Shown: in pieces, positions 13,272 to 16,038 of the stretch | Layout of the letters: every line of letters starts with the position of its first letter | How positions within the stretch are numbered: the first letter of the stretch is position 1 | NCBI GenBank assembly: GCA_031414955.1 | Contig: JANOQV010000199.1 | Coordinates: forward strand, 1 to 16,038 | Origin: Pedosphaera sp. | Lineage (GTDB): Bacteria > Verrucomicrobiota > Verrucomicrobiia > Limisphaerales > SIBH01 | Reading direction: 5' to 3' | DNA length: 16,038 bases | Notes under the pieces: model-generated | What the model was told of the DNA's origin: nothing | The model's input: only the letters and a program-made list of their open reading frames with translations | The model's database searches: none | Translations under genes and position numbers: made by a program

Positions 13272-16038
13272 ATGTCCTCAGAAATGGCCGCTCCACCCGA
13301 GAATGATCCGCCGCCGCCCGAACGAGGAACTATTCGCATCACCTCCCCGGTCGAGTCGTCTTCCGAACAGCCCGGCCACCGCATCGGTCATTACAAGCTC
13401 CTTCAGCCGCTCGGCGAAGGCGGCATGGGCACCGTCTGGATGGCCGAACAAACTGAACCCGTCCGCCGCCGCGTCGCCCTCAAGGTCATCAAGCTGGGCA
13501 TGGACACCAAGGAAGTCATCGCCCGCTTCGAAGCCGAGCGGCAGGCGCTGGCGCTGATGGATCATCCCAACATCGCGAAGGTGCTGGACGGCGGGACCAC
13601 GGAGTCGGGCCGGCCTTACTTCGTCATGGAACACGTCCAGGGCGTCCCCATCACGCAATACTGCGACCTGCACAACCTCTCCACGGCGGAACGGCTGGAA
13701 CTGTTCACGCAGGTCTGCCACGCCATCCAGCACGCGCACCAGAAAGGGATCATCCACCGCGACATCAAACCCTCGAACATTCTCGTGATGTTGCAGGACG
13801 GCGTGCCGGTGCCGAAGGTGATTGATTTCGGCATCGCCAAGGCCATCGGCCAGCAACGGCTGACCGACAAGACCCTGTTCACGGCCTTGCATCAATTCAT
13901 CGGCACGCCCGCCTACATGAGTCCCGAGCAGGCGGAGATGACCGGGTTGGATACCGACACCCGCACCGATATTTACGCGTTGGGCGTGCTGCTCTACGAG
14001 TTGCTCACGGGCCAGACCCCGTTCGACACCAAGGCGTTGCTGCAAGCCGGATTGGATGAGATGCGGCGCATCATCCGGGAACAGGAACCGGTGCGGCCCT
14101 CGACGCGCATCAGTACGCTCGGCGCGGACGAGCAGACGAAAGTCACACGGTGCCGCCATCTCGAAGTTCCCAAACTCGTCCATCGCGTGCGCGGGGATCT
14201 GGACTGGATCGCGATGAAGTGCCTGGAGAAGGATCGCACGCGCCGCTACGAAACCGCCAATGGCCTCGCCGCCGACGTCCAGCGGCACCTGGCCAATGAG
14301 CCGGTCCTCGCCCGCCCACCGAGCAATCTTTACCGGCTGCAAAAGACCATGCGACGGAACCGGCTGGCGTTCGCGGCGACAGCCGCTGTCCTCGTGTCAT
14401 TGGTTCTAGGATTTGGAACGGCCACTCACCTTTTCTTCAAGGAACAGGCGGCTTCGCACAAAGCCACGGCTGCCAGTGGGGAAATCGCCCGGCAAAAGTC
14501 CGAGGTGGAACGCAAGAATGCCGAGTACCGCGCGATGCTCGTCGAGGCGGCCCGCTCTGACCGGCTCGTTGCGGAGGAAAAACTGCACACAGGGCGAGAG
14601 CAGGAGGCCTTCGCTCATCTCGCACGCGCGGGTGAATACGATCCCACCTCCACCCTCGCGGCGGAAAAGGCCGCTGTGGCACTCAATACATGGCAGCACC
14701 CATTGCCTTCAACAATCCTCTCGGGGCATGACAGCACCGTGAGTAGCGCGCAGTTCAGTCCGGACGGCACGCGTGTCCTCACCGCCTCCTCGGACAAGAC
14801 CGCGCGCGTGTGGGACGCCGCGACCGGCACGCCTCTCGCCACGCTCGCGGGGCATAAGGACTCCGTGTTGAGCGCGCAGTTCAGCCCGGACGGCATGCGC
14901 ATCGTCACCGCCTCCGCAGACCAGACTGCGCGCGTGTGGGACGCCGCGACCGGTAAGCCCTTCGCCACGCTCGCCACGCTCGCGGGGCATCAGGGCATAA
15001 TGGTGAGAGCGCAGTTCAGTCCGAACGGAACGCGCCTCGTCACTGCCTCCGCAGACCAGACCGCGCGCGTGTGGGACGCGGCGACCGGTAAGCCCCTCGC
15101 CACGCTCGCGGGGCATAAGGACTCCGTCTTGAGCGTGCAGTTCAGCCCGGACGGCATGCGCCTCGTCACCGCCTCCGCAGACCAGACCGCGCGCGTGTGG
15201 GACGCCGCGACTGGCCAGCCTCTCGCCACGCTCGCCACGCTCGCGGGGCATCAGGGCAACGTGTTGAGCGCGCAGTTCAGTCCGGACGGCACGCGCCTCG
15301 CTACCGCCTCCGACGACAAGACCGCGCGGGTGTGGGACGCCGCGACCGGCCAGCCCCTCGTCACGCTCGCGGGGCATGAGAGACCCGTGTTGAGCGCGCA
15401 GTTCAGTCCGGACGGCACGCGCATCGTCACTGCCTCCTCCGACAAGACCGCGCGGGTGTGGGACGCTGCGACCGGCAAGCCTCTCGCCACGCTCTCGGGG
15501 CATCAGAGCTACGTGGTGTGCGCGCAGTTCAGCCCGGATGGTACCCGCATCGTCACCGCCACCCTCGATAATACCGCGCTGGTGTGGGATGCCGTGACCG
15601 GCAAACCTCTCGCCACACTCTCGGGGCATGCGAACGTCGTGAGTAGCGCGCGGTTCAGTCCGGACGGCACGCGACTCGTCACTGCGTCATGGGACACCAC
15701 CGCGCGCGTGTGGGACGCGGCGACCGGCCAGTCCCTCGCCACGCTCGGCACGGCTGCGGGGCATGAGGGCGCCGTGCAGAATGCGCAGTTCAGCCCGGAC
15801 AGCACGCGGGTCGTCACCGCCTCGCGGGACAAGACCGCACTTGTGTGGTACGCCGCGAGCGGCACGCGCATCGCCAGACTTGCGGGGCATGAGAACGCCG
15901 TGTCGAGCGCGCAGTTCAGCCCGGACGGCATGCGCCTCGTCACCGCCTCCTCGGACAAGACCGCGCGCGTGTGGGACGCCGCGACCGGCACGCCTCTCGC
16001 CACGCTCGCGGGGCATAAGGACTCCGTGTTGAGCGCGC
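13272..16038 (+). CDS. Membrane Hanks-type Ser/Thr protein kinase with C-terminal WD40 repeats, 3' truncated
   Basis: Hand-translated frame with no stop before the window end, hence missing from the ORF track. Motifs: [25 protein letters not shown] (13755), DFGIAK (13824), [19 protein letters not shown] at 14364-14438; coiled coil; then GH...WD repeats. In-frame ATGs at 13257, 13272 and 13284. Confidence 0.95.
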   Translation, partial: MSSEMAAPPENDPPPPERGTIRITSPVESSSEQPGHRIGHYKLLQPLGEGGMGTVWMAEQTEPVRRRVALKVIKLGMDTKEVIARFEAERQALALMDHPNIAKVLDGGTTESGRPYFVMEHVQGVPITQYCDLHNLSTAERLELFTQVCHAIQHAHQKGIIHRDIKPSNILVMLQDGVPVPKVIDFGIAKAIGQQRLTDKTLFTALHQFIGTPAYMSPEQAEMTGLDTDTRTDIYALGVLLYELLTGQTPFDTKALLQAGLDEMRRIIREQEPVRPSTRISTLGADEQTKVTRCRHLEVPKLVHRVRGDLDWIAMKCLEKDRTRRYETANGLAADVQRHLANEPVLARPPSNLYRLQKTMRRNRLAFAATAAVLVSLVLGFGTATHLFFKEQAASHKATAASGEIARQKSEVERKNAEYRAMLVEAARSDRLVAEEKLHTGREQEAFAHLARAGEYDPTSTLAAEKAAVALNTWQHPLPSTILSGHDSTVSSAQFSPDGTRVLTASSDKTARVWDAATGTPLATLAGHKDSVLSAQFSPDGMRIVTASADQTARVWDAATGKPFATLATLAGHQGIMVRAQFSPNGTRLVTASADQTARVWDAATGKPLATLAGHKDSVLSVQFSPDGMRLVTASADQTARVWDAATGQPLATLATLAGHQGNVLSAQFSPDGTRLATASDDKTARVWDAATGQPLVTLAGHERPVLSAQFSPDGTRIVTASSDKTARVWDAATGKPLATLSGHQSYVVCAQFSPDGTRIVTATLDNTALVWDAVTGKPLATLSGHANVVSSARFSPDGTRLVTASWDTTARVWDAATGQSLATLGTAAGHEGAVQNAQFSPDSTRVVTASRDKTALVWYAASGTRIARLAGHENAVSSAQFSPDGMRLVTASSDKTARVWDAATGTPLATLAGHKDSVLSA
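14724..16038 (+). repeat. Tandem 126/135-bp WD40-coding repeats (10 complete + 1 partial)
   Basis: GH codons start at 14724, 14850, 14985, 15111, 15246, 15372, 15498, 15624, 15759, 15885 and 16011. Consensus [42 protein letters not shown]. Confidence 0.95.

Noticed and set aside
14615..16016. Repetitive minus-strand ORFs ([10 protein letters not shown]..., MPRERGER...)
   Set aside because: They are reverse-frame translations of the WD40 repeat array.
14724..16038. CRISPR array or DGR template/variable repeat
   Set aside because: The units are in-frame 126/135-bp coding repeats without unique spacers. There is no cas or reverse transcriptase gene in the window, and the differences do not appear confined to adenines.

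Overview
GC-rich bacterial window, by gene style most likely Verrucomicrobiota/PVC (inference from the prepilin-like gene, Tat Gfo/Idh/MocA, ThuA-like protein, Ser/Thr kinase-WD40 and an RFFR-ending secreted protein). The minus-strand block (1-7507), in transcription order, is: TolC-family lipoprotein, long membrane-fusion protein, ABC ATPase and MacB-type permease (a MacAB-TolC-like exporter), an S41/CtpA homologue lacking both catalytic residues, a small CxxC/PPPR protein resembling metal-sensing leader/arrest ORFs, and the 5' end of a prepilin-type gene. The plus-strand block (7831-16038) is: Tat oxidoreductase, secreted cupredoxin-Ig protein with a degenerate copper site, an ExbB/ExbD-family pair, a ThuA-like protein, and a membrane Ser/Thr kinase with at least 11 near-identical WD40 repeats running off the end (absent from the ORF track). 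Intergenic spaces hold several REP-like palindromes and a heptamer-repeat inverted element, and several genes look leaderless. The best candidates for undescribed systems are the putative metal-responsive leader ORF controlling a pilin-like gene and the repeat-shuffling kinase-WD40 receptor. No database searches or folding computations were run.
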